Assembly (NCBI GenBank): GCA_036172245.1
Contig: JAYWIR010000034.1
Coordinates: forward strand, 1,302,001 to 1,366,000
Direction of reading: 5' to 3'
Source: Raillietiella orientalis
Taxonomy: Eukaryota
DNA length: 64,000 bases
Shown here in pieces: positions 1 to 12,458 of the stretch; positions within the stretch are counted from its first letter, which is position 1; every line of letters begins with the position of its first letter. The position numbers and the translations under genes were made by a program. The notes under the pieces are model-generated. The model saw only the letters and a program-made list of their open reading frames with translations. It was not told the origin of the DNA and made no database searches.

Positions 1-900
1 CACACCAGATAACCAAAGCCTCAAGATGCCAACTCTGGGTTTTGGCGATAGTATGGAAGATTCGAGCTTTCAGTTTACTCACAAGTGAGCATCCTAGTTC
101 ATCAGCCCTGGTACCTTTTTTCTAGACGCCAATACTTCAAATCAGTTCCCTAATTTAAAATTGGACAGCTGTCTGATGCATCCCATGTCATTCTGTTTGT
201 TCCATTCTTCTCTGTGTCGAATGTCATTTGTGCAAGCAGTTCCAAGTTACTTTTCTGTTTCTGGGGCTCACTACATGAGTCCAATGGACTGCTACTGCTG
301 GTCATCCTGCTCTTTATCAGATGCGCTATTCATCTTCCCAGTCGTGCGGAAATGATTTGCAATGGCTGCAAGGTAGCGCCTGAGACTGCAATTTGGATCA
401 GTGTAGAGAAAAATGAGAGATAACGAGTACACAGAGAACAGCGAAGCAAGACAGGTGAACAAAATAAATAAACGAATAACAATTCCACCTGACTCTGATT
501 CGTGCTCTTGCATGTGAGTTACAATGCAAATCATTTAACGACTGCTCTTGTCAAACTTGCCTGAAGAAAGAGGTGGAAGCAAATCAAAGTCGTGGAAAAT
601 CTGAAAATGGACATGTAAACGTCCAACTTGTAAAAGGGGACCACCGATATGATTCCGCACTCATTTCTGAGCCTCGCATACCATGCAGTGATAAGGCAGG
701 CAGCTAATTTTTGTCGTGTTTGTGAATGTTTTAGCGCAGCCAAAGCTGCATCTATCTTGGATTCCCAATCCATTTTGATTTCTCGACGTGTCTCCTGAAT
801 GAACTTCACAACTGTTGGAGAAATCGCACCTTAAGAATCTTTGAAAAGCAGCTCGGTGAACGAAGTGGGAACCAAAGCACGCGTGCACCCTTGGAATCAC
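1..900 (-). mobile_element. Decayed Gypsy/Ginger-type integrase relic (C-terminal core plus GPY/F-like region), runs off the window edge
   Basis: ORF 531..809 MDWESKIDAALAALKHSQTRQ resembles the integrase DWDxxLxxxLxAYRTS motif. Further downstream, ACTNDIRHREEWNKQND...FKLGN resembles AxxNIxxAQxxQKxxYD...FxVGD. Stops and frameshifts present; by-eye match. Confidence 0.4.
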
Positions 901-910
901 TTCAAATCTC

Positions 911-911
<1 letters not shown>

Positions 912-942
<31 letters not shown>
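912..942. repeat. Poly-T tract (T31); similar homopolymers at 3312-3325 (C14), ~5678-5707 (T~30), 45104-45119 (G16) and 56118-56147 (T16G14)
   Basis: Directly visible. Confidence 0.9.
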
Positions 943-943
<1 letters not shown>

Positions 944-959
944 GTGTCACGATGTGGAA

Positions 960-1452
960 TTTCGCTCCCTTATAACACGAAAACAAAACTTGCATTTCCG
1001 AATACGACAGATCCCGGTAAGACGCTTCGCGCTGTGCAAATCCGCGTTATACAAGCCCAATGGGTATTCATCATAGCATGAATGTATCCTAAACATCATA
1101 ACAGCAGAATACCTATTATTTCTTTTTAATACAAAAAGAAACAACGATCAAAGTGTTTATTTATTATTTAACTCAAAGTAAAAAAGAAAAAGGCCTGCTT
1201 TGTTGATGTGTAACGAATTGAAACGGTTCTTTTCAGCTCCTTTCGTTTCTGCTCTGTCACTTTGGTTATGCAGCAGCTCAACCTGCCTTAATCATATCTC
1301 TGTATTTCCTCAGAAACAGCTGAAGGGAACTTACATCGCAAAATTAAATTTGCTCACAGAGCCATACGGAACGGATTCACCGCGTTATACAAGCATCGCG
1401 GCCAGCTTTCCGTCGCGTTATACGAATGAGCGTTATACGGGGTCCTAATGTA
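960..1452. mobile_element. MITE-like remnant with Tc1/mariner-pogo style right terminus
   Basis: Right end cgttatacggggtcctaatg (1431-1450) is followed by TA. Internal repeats: ccgcgttatacaagc at 1042 and 1380, cgcgttatacg at 1414. The left terminus is only weakly suggested (tataacacg near 971). Confidence 0.35.
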
Positions 1453-1884
1453 TACTTACTTTGCCGATTGATGCATCTGGCCTGGCATTCAGTCAGTTTC
1501 CATAGAGATCAGTCTCTCAGACTCCGGACTGTCGGCCATCATGTTATTGATGGAACAGTGATCTATTTTCAGTGATCTATTTTCAGTTGCCTCAGCAGGG
1601 CCCAGGTCAGCTACTCATTTCTTATGAGAGAACCACCATTTGGTTTCACGTCGAAAGGCATTTTCCACCTTTGATCTCAGAAATTCTCTCGGAACATGAA
1701 AGAAGATCTTTCGAAGCTGACGCTGATCCTTGCATCACTACCTCCGTTACTACCTCCTTAAAATGAAAATGCAAACATGTCGTTGCCTTCGTGTTCGTCT
1801 TTGGGCATTTGCATTGAAGACCGCTTCTTTTTTGCATTCCTTTCTGGATCACGGATGCAATTCTTCACGATGCTCAATTCCTGA

Positions 1885-3250
1885 CTAGCTACTCAAAGCT
1901 TCTGTGCTTTCAAGTCTGCTCCACTCACTCTGAAACCCGTTCTGAGGAGGACTTCCAAAGTTTCTCCATCTACTCATAAACCTTAAGATGATTATCTTAA
2001 GGTTAGTAGTGTTTGGAACTCCTGATTCATTCTTCTTTGGATTAATCTTTCGTGGTAATGATGTTTTTGAAGATAAGCTTACTTTTTTCTGTAAGTGTGG
2101 AATCTTGGGATGAAGTGTCTGTGCTTCAATTCGGCAGCGCCGCTGAAAAAGTTCGTATGCACCATGCTCCCCCCCCCCTCCCATTAAACGCTGTGATAAT
2201 GACCATGGGTGGGTAATAAAAATTCGCATTAGGCTGAATAAATATATTGTTGAAAAGGAGCATAATGCTAATGGTAATTTAAAACTCTTCAGAAGAGTTG
2301 GATATGTAATTTTTCCGTAATGGGTATGACGCTCTCTTCTATGTGGTCGCTTCTATGCTGTCTGGATTTTGCAACCCACTGGAGGAAAAAGGGGAAAATA
2401 TTCGTCCGAATCCCATATTTTTTCTGCAAAGTTCCCGTTTATGTTTGGCGAAAGGTGAGCGACCATTGGAAAGCCTTCCCACCAGACTTCTGCACATTCG
2501 TCTCAATTAAATGGACATGCATTTGTTAACAAATAATAATGAAGCAATGCACCAACAAAAACTGAAATAATAAGAGCTGACACTGGACGGTGACCTCTGT
2601 TCTGTGTTTGTATTATTGTGAATGGATAATGAGTAGGATGTGGCCTATTTTGGGGGCTGATAGCGAGCATTTAAGTAGAATTTAGTTGGTAAATAATCGA
2701 ACAGCTGTTTCTGAAACTGTTCGATTATTAAGCAAATACTAATAATCATTAAGGACATGTTTCGAGTCCACAGTTCTATTTTGCAATGCTTATCATCACA
2801 GTTTTCGCCATGGTTCCTACATTAGGTACGGTCTCTTGACCCCCTCCAGGTTGGGGAATTCTCCCTGATAGTCTGGGAAGCCTGATATTCAGTTTATTTT
2901 TAAGTAGCAAGCAACACAGGAAAGTTCACGCTTCTGGTCGTTACTGCTCGTTACTGTGGTAATTGAAGACTACCTTCAAGACTCCAGACGGAGAATTTCA
3001 GCTAGGAAAGCAAGGAAAGCTATTGGAATTCGATGTATTCCGGCGGCGATACATCTGGAAAACATTCTGAGACGGCTTGTCACGGTGTGCTTTGCCAGTA
3101 TAGAGGATGAAAACACCAAAAGAGAAACTACAGTGTTCAGTTTGCACCCATTGCCTTATTAGTAATGGTACGAATACTTCGTTTCTCATGCGACATGAAG
3201 AAAGGTCAACTATTCCATCGCCACTAAGAATGTACGGATTGGGAACAAAC
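1885..3250 (-). mobile_element. Decayed P-element/THAP9-like transposase relic
   Basis: Ordered weak motifs: FVPLLIRQWVQ (~LPxxxTIRxW), EA*TFLCCLLLKNKLNIRLP (~EALVFM...WKxP), HVHLIETNV (~PHLIKxxRN), RFMSRWRNFGSPPQNGFQSEWSRL (~FxxIRxxGGxNxNPTxxQFxxAYKxL). Confidence 0.35.
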
Positions 3251-3489
3251 GATGGAACGAATGTTAGAGATCCAGGTTGCATTTCGTGATGATAAGCAAA
3301 TAGTTAAGGTTCCCCCCCCCCCCCCGACCTTATCCTAAGAATATTTGGAATCTCTCCTCAGTGATTGTTTCAACTAAACAGGAAAAGGTCAACTTTGAAT
3401 CAACTTGCCAAGTCGAAATTCGTATGTGTGGGAATGCGATTCGCAGAGGCAAGAGGTGCGTCCATTATTCTTATTTGAAAGTCTCGTCA

Positions 3490-5600
3490 TCCTAGATGTG
3501 TGGATCCCTTATCTTGGAAAGATATGGGAGCGCATTCCCCAGAGAATCTTCTGCTGAGAGGCTGGAAGAGACCTGACGAAGGAAGAACAGGTGCAGAGGG
3601 TTGGCTCCCCGTTTGGCCGGCAAAGGATCAATGCCAACATCCATCAGAACATGATCCTCGTCCTGGAATCCTGGGAACCGGCAAAAGGTGCACCGAGGGA
3701 AGAAGTGAGGATGCTCGAGAGACGGGGGGGAGCACATCAGGAGGAAAACGCTGCGTTGCAGCATACGCTACCCTGGAGAGATGTACCCGAGCCAGGGTTG
3801 CGCCGAGATGGGGAAGCGAGCCCTCGAGACCGTAGGTAGAGTGGAGGATGAAGTGGGGAGGACAGCCAGGCAGCGAGGTGGAGTTCCCCGCCATCGTCTG
3901 CAGCGTTCGGCATGCCATTTGCGAAGCATGAGCATGGGCCAATGTTTATTTTTTTGGAAAATTAACGTTCTTCTGGGGATTATGAGCCGATGAGTGCAGA
4001 AACATCACAGATCATGAGAGAAAAAAGAGGAACTTGATAACAAGAGTACAATGATAGAGGCGGCGGAGTGTCTTGCTGGCTGTCAGTGATGAAAGCCGTG
4101 CAAAAAGCTCCACATAAAAGCACGCAGCCTCAAGCGCAACTGGAAATAACGAAGTACTATCCGTGTACATAGGCGACCGTTCTCGATGGCCAAACAGGAG
4201 TTACTGTACGCAGAAACAGTGGAACACCGTCAGAGATCCTGCACTGAACGTGCTAGTTATTATTACTGTTACGAGTATTTTCACTTGCTCGTTGACCGTT
4301 TCAGTTGCCGAACTTTCAATTTCAGGAGCCCAAAATGCTTTTCAAATCTGCACAACATTACAAACACATACACAAAAGACGCACAGAAATCACAGACACA
4401 CAAAAGGACTTTAGAGCGTCCATTCGTTGCACCGAGGTAGGACATAAAAGAAAGCATAATTGCAATTGCAATGAGAGATTACGGATGGGCGTGATATGTT
4501 CCTTTGCTGGACTCATTTCTGAATAAGCATTACGACTGAATAAGCCGAAGGCCCTAAGGATTATTTTCCCTCAGCTTGAAATGAGAATTCAATCGAAGCT
4601 TAAAGAAACTCTTTTCTTATGGTTTCTTTGAGGAACCATAAGAGAAGAATTCTTCCGGAGAACTACAAAAAGCACGGAGAAAATCAGGGAGTGATGACCT
4701 GGCACGCTGGAATTATTGAAAGATACAGACGAATGCAAAATTAGCGAACGCGAACGGATCGTAATGTTCATCTTGTATAATTAACACGGATTCCTTAGTA
4801 TTTCACCCCTATTAATTGAAACCTCTTCAACATTATTGAAAACATTTGCTTTGGCTCCTTATCAGAGCAGTGTTTTGTTTTGTTTTTTTTCTTTATCATT
4901 CAATCCTTGCCCCCGTCTGATTTCTTTCCCTCTTCCCCCCCGTTTTAACAGTTCACACAATGATGGCTAACGATCAGTGGTGTTCTTATTCAGATCACAA
5001 TGAATTTAATTTTCAGAATTGTTTTTTTCACAGTACTATACGAGGTCTCATTTGTAGGGCTGCATGTCCTTGAAAAGTTCCCAACCACTGGTTATCTCTC
5101 CAGTTCAACAGCGCTTCCCCGTATATACCTGAAAAAATCAGCCTTTTCCCTTCATGGAAGCAAGAAGTCTTACTCGAAACCGCACCAATAATTACTAATA
5201 AGGATGCCTAATTATGCGGAGGATTTCCCCTTCCAAAAACTGCGAACGTAATTTAAAATGGTCGCGACAGCACGTATTTTTCAATTCCAACGCAATAAGC
5301 AAAGCTGACGACTCGGATGCAAGATGGATGCAGTTGGGGGAGTGCTGACGTCACTCCAGCAATAATGGAAATGATGCAATAATGAAAGAAAGAAAGAAAA
5401 GACAGCATCGCGCGCGGGTATTTTTTTCGTGGAGAGGAAGAAAGAAGGGAAAAATGTGTCCTTTGCGACATGCATGTGCCACTCTGTTAACCTCTTCAAA
5501 CGATGCACTTTTTCATGAGTAATTAATTGATTGACTAAGCTCTTCAAAAAGTTTTCTGTAGTCCTTCGCGATACATCCAAACAGGAGTTCGCTCAGTTTA
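3490..5600 (-). mobile_element. Decayed non-LTR retrotransposon ORF2 relic (RT to C-terminal CCHC finger)
   Basis: Ordered motifs: VNQLITHEKV (~LNxxITxxEV, ~5520), YIRGSA (~NYRGI), SVPGHHSLIFSVLF (~GVxQGxxLSPxLF, ORF 4589..4771), SAYSVVML (~YADD region), PRCTFCRFPGFQDEDHVL (~RxCxxC...EDExHxL, ORF 3492..3764). Confidence 0.5.
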
Positions 5601-5674
5601 CGGGTTCTGTTTCTAAATTCTAACAGTGTGATAGCTTCTATATTCGAACGCTCTTCATGAGATTTTTTCTTTCC

Positions 5675-5707
<33 letters not shown>

Positions 5708-7419
5708 CCAAATGTAGCATTTTCGATCTCCACTAACTAGAGAAACTTCCCGGCCGGTTGCATCGTATAAAAAAAGGGGAAAACCGTTCATATCTCATGT
5801 TAATTAGATCCTTTGTATGCTCCACCTTGATTGTTTCTCAAATACTTATCTGCGATACTGACGTGCATTTCCTGAAATCATCCTCGGATTCACAATTCTC
5901 CTTTCAATTGCAGCCTTACTCTTCTGACCCACTCGACATTTCCACAAAAGCCCTGCAAAGCAGATGACAAACGCTGCTCCGCACGAGGTAGTGCCCTGCG
6001 CGTATGCTGGCATTTAGATTTTGAAAATCCGGATTCACCGCTCCCATAGAGAAATTATTATTGTTATTAGATCCTAATTTGTCGACAGAGATGATGGAAT
6101 CTGTTAGCGGGCAGGTCAGCACACTAAAGTGGATCGCTCCATCCTCAGAAGAAAATGTCTACCCAGATGTTTATTTATTTTATTGTGTACATCCGTTGTC
6201 ATTTCGCTCTGTGCACGCCTGAAGCACACTCTGAGCGCAATGTGGCAGCTGTGGTTGGTGTTGTATGCGTGTGTGTTTCCAGAATGACAGCGAATACTTC
6301 GTTGAGGTTACTTTTTTTTTCCACTTAGAATACCACGATACGAATTCGCTTTCAAACTCGATACAAATATGTTTCAGGTTGCGTCCAGTTGAAAAACAAA
6401 TGTTTGCTGATTAGAAGGAATGTTTGCGGCATCTGCAAAAACTATTGTATCGAATTCCACTGCTGGGGTGATTCGAAATGGAGGTTCGTTACCTCAGAAA
6501 AAAAATCATTTGGTCCTGAATCATCTGAATTCTTTCCTATTACGACTGTTCCACACGCAATCTAAAATCCCTACAAACTTTATGTTGACGGTTTTACACG
6601 AATCAAGTCGCTTGCTAGGAGAGAAATTTTCTTTTTCTTGTATTGCGGATAATATTATGAATGTAACTTTCTTATTTTATTTTATTTTCTCCAGCACTGC
6701 ATGAGGCATATCTATATTGTGTCCGAGTGCACTTCAGGCAATACAGAGGCATAGTTTCGGACAAATTGTCTCCACCGACTCAGTTTCACTTCCCAGCTTC
6801 CATCTTCCCTCCGAAGAGCTTCGGGATTTCATATCAGACAATCGCTTCTCGAATGGTTGCATGTGAATAAGGTGTTTGCCTTCTCTGATGAGGCTTATTC
6901 CTGTGCAGCATCGTGCGCTGCAATGTCTCCAATATGCATCATCGTGTTCCCATGTTGCAGTTGCATCAGTTCCGTCATTTCTGTTTTCACCTCATGAATG
7001 CATCCGGATTGATGATTCCGGCGTGAATATTTTATTTCTAGGTACTGAATGCGAAGGTGATAATAATCCTTTTTCCCCCTCTCTCTCATCTGTGACCGCC
7101 ATTCCCCAGTAAGCACCAATTCATTCATCAATAGAATCGGAGCTTCCTTCCATTCTACGAGATTTACACTGCATTAAGTGATTCCTGCAAAGTGGGGCAA
7201 ACTCCCTTCAAATAGCTGCCAAAGACCATCCATCGCACGTTTCGGAGTTTTCCCTCGCTGCATATCCATTCGTACGGATACGCCACGAAAATGGCGAGTG
7301 TGGCTCGAGAAAGGAGGTGCCTTGGAATATCCTAAGCGCTAATTACAATTGCATGCCGCTGTGCTTTCCTTCGTGCTGCTTCGAGTTCCGTTCCACGCAC
7401 TGCGAGTTCAAACGCAGTT

Positions 7420-8420
7420 TACAAGGATATCCCAGAAAATGGGAAAACAGGAATCCTCGCCATAAAGCTTACATACAATAAATGATCATACAACTCCACA
7501 GGGCGTCCACACACTTTGAGCATGCCAAACAAGGTGGCCACAGCGAGTTTCCCGACATGGCTGATCGGCAACGTTGCACCGCATATTTTGAATATCTGAA
7601 TCGTCTGCGGCAAGAATTCACCCCCTCCCCCCAATCTCCCTCATGGGATCAAATCCGAATAAATACATGCGTGCGAATTTTTTTTTTTTTTTTTTTTCAA
7701 ATATATATACACGGAGCGTAATTCAAATGCTCCTCGAGGGATTCGAGTGCTTTAAATCTTTGCTATCCACCCTTCAGGTGACTCCACCTGAACGCAGAAT
7801 AAAGACTCCAAATGATTTTGTCTCAAAGTCCACAAGAGGTCACCCTAAAATCATCTTGTCCTCGCATCTCGTGCATTCTCGAAACAAACAAATTATTGAA
7901 AAGATGATGGATAGATTTCAAATGATGCTCATGAACTGATGCAGCAAAATAATCGGAATACGCTGCATGACGTCAGTATGTGAAAAGTCTTTTCAGCATG
8001 GACTGCTAAATGATGTACAAGAAGCACGTAGATATTATAAATTCTTTCACTTGGAAAGTATCTGATTTTCCCAAGACAGATTGTCCAAACGAACATAGTT
8101 TCCAAAACCGATTCGTATGAAATAACGTCAGTTTGTCTTATTATGTCGTCAGTTTGTCCGTGCGTTACATAAAGGTATACAAGGATAAATTTTGCGTTTC
8201 CATGACTACGTAGGTGTGAAATCCTAGCCAACAGCACAAGGGACAAAAAGCGGTTCTACACTGGCACGACTGTTAAGCTTTCCAGAATCTAAAGAGTAAA
8301 ACAACAGAAATCAGAAGAATTTTCAGTTTCATCTCGAAAGCACCTAACCCATCTCCAACACAACACAGCGCAGTTTGAATTCAGTGCCTACAAACCTGGA
8401 AATCTTCATAAACTGATTAA
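7420..8420 (-). mobile_element. Decayed hAT transposase relic (C-terminal dimerisation region)
   Basis: ORF 7419..7634 FLPQTIQIFKICGATLPISHVGKLAVATLFGMLK resembles FPNIxxLLxIxxTLPVSxAxxERSFSxLK. Upstream VCRH*IQTA resembles the CxxHxLxLA motif. Confidence 0.4.
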
Positions 8421-10200
8421 ACTTCCAAGGGGAAGAAAAAAAAAAAAAGGAATTCATTGCTTCACATCTTTTTCTCAAAGAAAAAAATCGAACTTCCCGA
8501 TATGTAATTTAAATTAGTCTCTTCGACAAATGGTACTGATTGATGTAATTTTGCATCACACGAATTCCCAACAAATCAGATTTAAAATAAAGGTTAAGGA
8601 ACCTTCAATTTCGTTGCTAAACGAACCTCAAAACTAAATTTTTAATCACCCAAATGAAAAAGCATTCAGCTACTGAAATGAACACGAAAAGAGATTATTT
8701 CTCGACCTGCAATGGTTAAGGTCCGCCAGGATGCAAGGTTGCATCGTTCTCTTTCCAGGGAGATTAACAGCATACCATCTAATTTGTTGCTTTTTAAGAG
8801 TTGCGTTTACTTTAAACAACTGCCATGCCAGCCAACAACCAGACTTGTTCAGAGCCTTCCGCGAATTTTGATCGTCCTACTAAGATACGGATTATTCCAA
8901 GAAACTCCACAAAATGTGCTCCAGTCGCACGAGCGTGCTGCATCTAATGCTTGCTGACTCCCATCGGGCAGATTTTCATGACGAATCTCGGATTACATAG
9001 CCGCAGCCATGGTGGCAACAGTTCCGATGTGCTTTGCTTGGTCCAGTCCGGAGGCTGGGAGCGAAATAGCGGTTGGACTGTATTTTGCATCCGTTACTGT
9101 GGGTTACGAGGAATTTTTTGTTCCATATGCTTTGTTTTCGGAAAGACGACTCCGTAAACAGGTCGGAAACGGAACCCCCAAAATATAGGATAGCCTTCAC
9201 ATCACTTCAGAGAACAACTCCGTTTGTCCTCTGAAGACTGATTTCCTCATCCATTCGGCCCACCGACGCGCTTTACCTTCAGCAAAGTAAGGTGCTGTCA
9301 TGAATTGGCCAATTCCTTTATCAGAATGATTTCTGCATCCTTCCTCCATTGAGATCTTTAGTTCATTGCGCCGAAAGTGCTTGCGTTCACATTGGGAGCG
9401 GAAGTTTGAGCTCTACTTGAAGACAAAGCGGCGAATGTCAGAACTCATCTTCGATGGTTGCCATTTGTCAACTTTGATCGTCACTGTGAAAGAAAGCATA
9501 ATCGGTCGTATGCTTTTGTTTCTCATAATATTCATCAGATGTCCAGCCAATGCTGAAGTCTGCGAATTTGGATTTTCAAAAATAGCCATTTCTTCGGTTC
9601 TCCCTGAAAACTGCTCGATCTCGATTCCTCTCGTTCGCGTTGACTGCTATGCTATTTCTTCAAGAAATCCGTTTCCCGTGATGCTGTCGGAGGCAAAATG
9701 ATTCTGAGAGCACTGTTCGCCGTTCCACGTGGTTCACCAATCTCCCCATTTCCTTGCGTTCGTCGTTATCCATTCCGTTTGTGGAGATTTGTTCAGGCAC
9801 GTCAGATCTTCACATGTTGAGTGCTAACCCATCTGTACGATCAACATACTTCTACGGGCGCAGGTTTTCCTTTTCGCTGCATTCAGAATGGAAGTGCACG
9901 CCTGTCTAAGAGTGAAACTTCGACCTTGACTGGAAACACGTTCGGTCGGAGTGATTAATCTTTAAAACAATCTGCACGGATTCTAAGAAATCTCCCACAT
10001 TTTGCTGCAAAGGAAGCAGAAGAACATGGAACAAGACATAACATCGCACGAGTAAAAAAAAAAAAAAAAAAGAAAGAAAAAAGAAAATAAAGCTTTGCAA
10101 TAAGGTCAACCAGATATACACGTAAATCCTAATGAAACTTATGCCAGAGTAAATTTCGTCTTCCCGAATTTTCGATTCGAAGCAAATGAACAAAATGGAA

Positions 10201-10633
10201 TCAGCGGTTACCATTGTTTTCCCAGTTGCCATTTAGCGAAGTACCATCTTCAAATTTGTATTCTCCCTTCCCGTGGTAACGGCCCTCCTTCACCTCGCCA
10301 ACGTACTGACTGCCGTTGCTGTAGGTGATGATGGCGGGTCCGTTGAGGTTGTCGCGCACCCAGTTGCCTCGATACTGGTCCCCGCTGCTCGTGGTGTGTA
10401 TGCCTGGTCCTGCAGCATCCTCAGATGAACGAATCCAAGAGCGCCACGGTGCAATACTTGCCTTGTCTCGTAATGCTTCCATCCTCGGTAAAAGTAAAGG
10501 ATCCTTCGTAGTTGTCTCCATTCGGAAACACGAAGGTCCCGACCATCAAGGGCTTGATGTGTCTATCCAGCAGAGGAGTTTCCAAATTATCTTTTTCTTC
10601 GGCAGTTTGATTTTCTATAAAATATATATACAT
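10201..10633 (-). CDS. MORN2: MORN repeat protein, MORN2-like (spliced; 5' and 3' ends uncertain)
   Basis: GTFVFPNGDNYEG...RQG joined across a 52-nt GC-AG intron (10410-10461) to PGIHTTSSGDQYRGNW...YSNGSQYVGEVKEGRYHGKGEYKFEDG: typical MORN repeats. A possible further acceptor at 10615 implies an upstream exon. Confidence 0.8.
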
Positions 10634-11699
10634 TTCTACAAAAATCCACAGAGCAACGTTGGTGATCTTTCAAACGGTCAATCGACTCCGCGGAGAGGGA
10701 ATTGCATACCCCGTGATCAAGTACCGAGTACAAAAGCGCTGGAAAAAATCCGACTTCCTCAGAAAAAAAGGAAAGAAAGAAAGAAAGAAAAAGGGATAGA
10801 GGACGGGAAAAACCAGCTGAATTATCTGCGGCGAGCACTTGTAAATCCATGCGTGCATATAAATTCACTTTTTCGTGAGTTTGTACGCACTCTTGCCGAA
10901 CGAAGGCCGTACGTTTCAACAGAAATGAATTTTCTCAAAAAGTTTCATTTCGGTTCGTCGGAGCAGACGCTGCTCGTCGGACTCGATCCTGAAAACCGAA
11001 GCAGATGCGAATTGTGTTCCCAATTGTGAAAATCGAACCTTAGGTTTCGCGTAATGTGCGCGCGAAACGAAAAATGGGAGCGGTCGGGAGGCTGCGAGCG
11101 CCCTCCGCCGCGGGGAACCGACGACGATCGGACAGAGTTCGCTTCACGACGAAGTACTTCCGAGTGCGTCCCACAGATCGCGCGCAGGACGTATTCGAAA
11201 AATTCCTTCCCTTGGAGAACAAAAACTGAAATGAGAATTGAATATTCGCGTAACCTGAAAACTTAGATAGCCAACTCCACGCCTGCGACATCCAAGGATT
11301 CAGTTTGCTGAGAATCTTCTTAAACTAACAGCCTTAAGTGAAAACTCGAATAAAAACGATCCCACATTTACATATTTGCAGCCACTTTACTGGACTATAT
11401 GGAAAGGATTATGAATACCTCGCACAACTTTGTGAATTTTTTAAAGAATGAAAATGAGAATAGAAACAAATTCAAATCAAAATTGCAGTGTGTCAAACGT
11501 TGGGTTTGGAACTGATGAAATGCAGAATAGAAATGTGATTTACAGATTATTTGTATTCAGATTTGTACACAGTTTGTAAAACGTTATTACATTCTATTAC
11601 ACAATGCCTTTACTTTGCTTACTGTTCCATTTGAAAAGTTGAAAATTCTCTTTCCACTTTTTAATGCAAAGAATCGAACATTTTGAAAATGATTCCAGC

Positions 11700-12330
11700 A
11701 CCGATGGAAAAAAATAGCAGCATATAGCATTATAGTAACCAATACAGAACGTTTTTTATCAGCAGCATCGTCTGAGCTTTGAACGTTCTTTCGATTCGTC
11801 AAAAAGGCATTTACGCGCAACAAAATTAAGTGAATATTTTGGGCTCGTCGGATTTTGCCAACTTCCCATACAATGGAACAGCTGTATACAAGCACCAATT
11901 CATTTAAATTTGCTCGATTCGTTTTGACAGGAATCAGAAGTTTGTTTGTTTTGTCTTTTTTTCTTTTTCTGTTGCTTAACACAAACCACAAATACCGTCT
12001 ACGGTTACAGAGTGAATGCAAAATAGGCATAATCATTTCGAATATAATACATCCCATCATAGTTCATATGTTTCGTCTCAAGCTGAAAGGTGGAGATTAA
12101 AATCGAAACGTTTTCGTTTGCTCCCCAAAATGGAATCACACACGAATTCGTAACTACATTGCGAAGAAGTTAGGAGCGATCCGAAAAGATTTGGCAAAAA
12201 GTTGTTATTCTGTTCACCTTGCATTGACATTTTGAACTTGTGAATGATCTTGCCAAAGGGGAGCACTTGAGTACTGTTCGTGGAACACTGAGTGTGATCC
12301 AATTCGGTGTATTATCCAAACCCGCGCGGG
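11700..12330 (-). mobile_element. Possible very decayed Harbinger/ISL2EU-like DDE relic
   Basis: LDNTPNWITLSVP (~IDCTExxIxxP) and IVWEVGKIRRAQNI (~HVERAIGRIKxFxI) occur in the expected order; weak. Confidence 0.2.
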
Positions 12331-12458
12331 TATTGTTGCGGTGACATCTGTTACATTTGAGTGTGACTTCGAAAAGATTTGAGCATAGCATTGTGCATTC
12401 TAGGCATGAGATGTTTCTATAAAGTTTGCTTTTAGTGTTCTGTGATTGTATCAAGGCC

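Noticed and set aside
3500..3990. Plus-strand LINE C-terminus (HTLPW...ETV)
   Set aside because: The minus strand gives a better CxxC...EDxH match that is colinear with upstream RT motifs.
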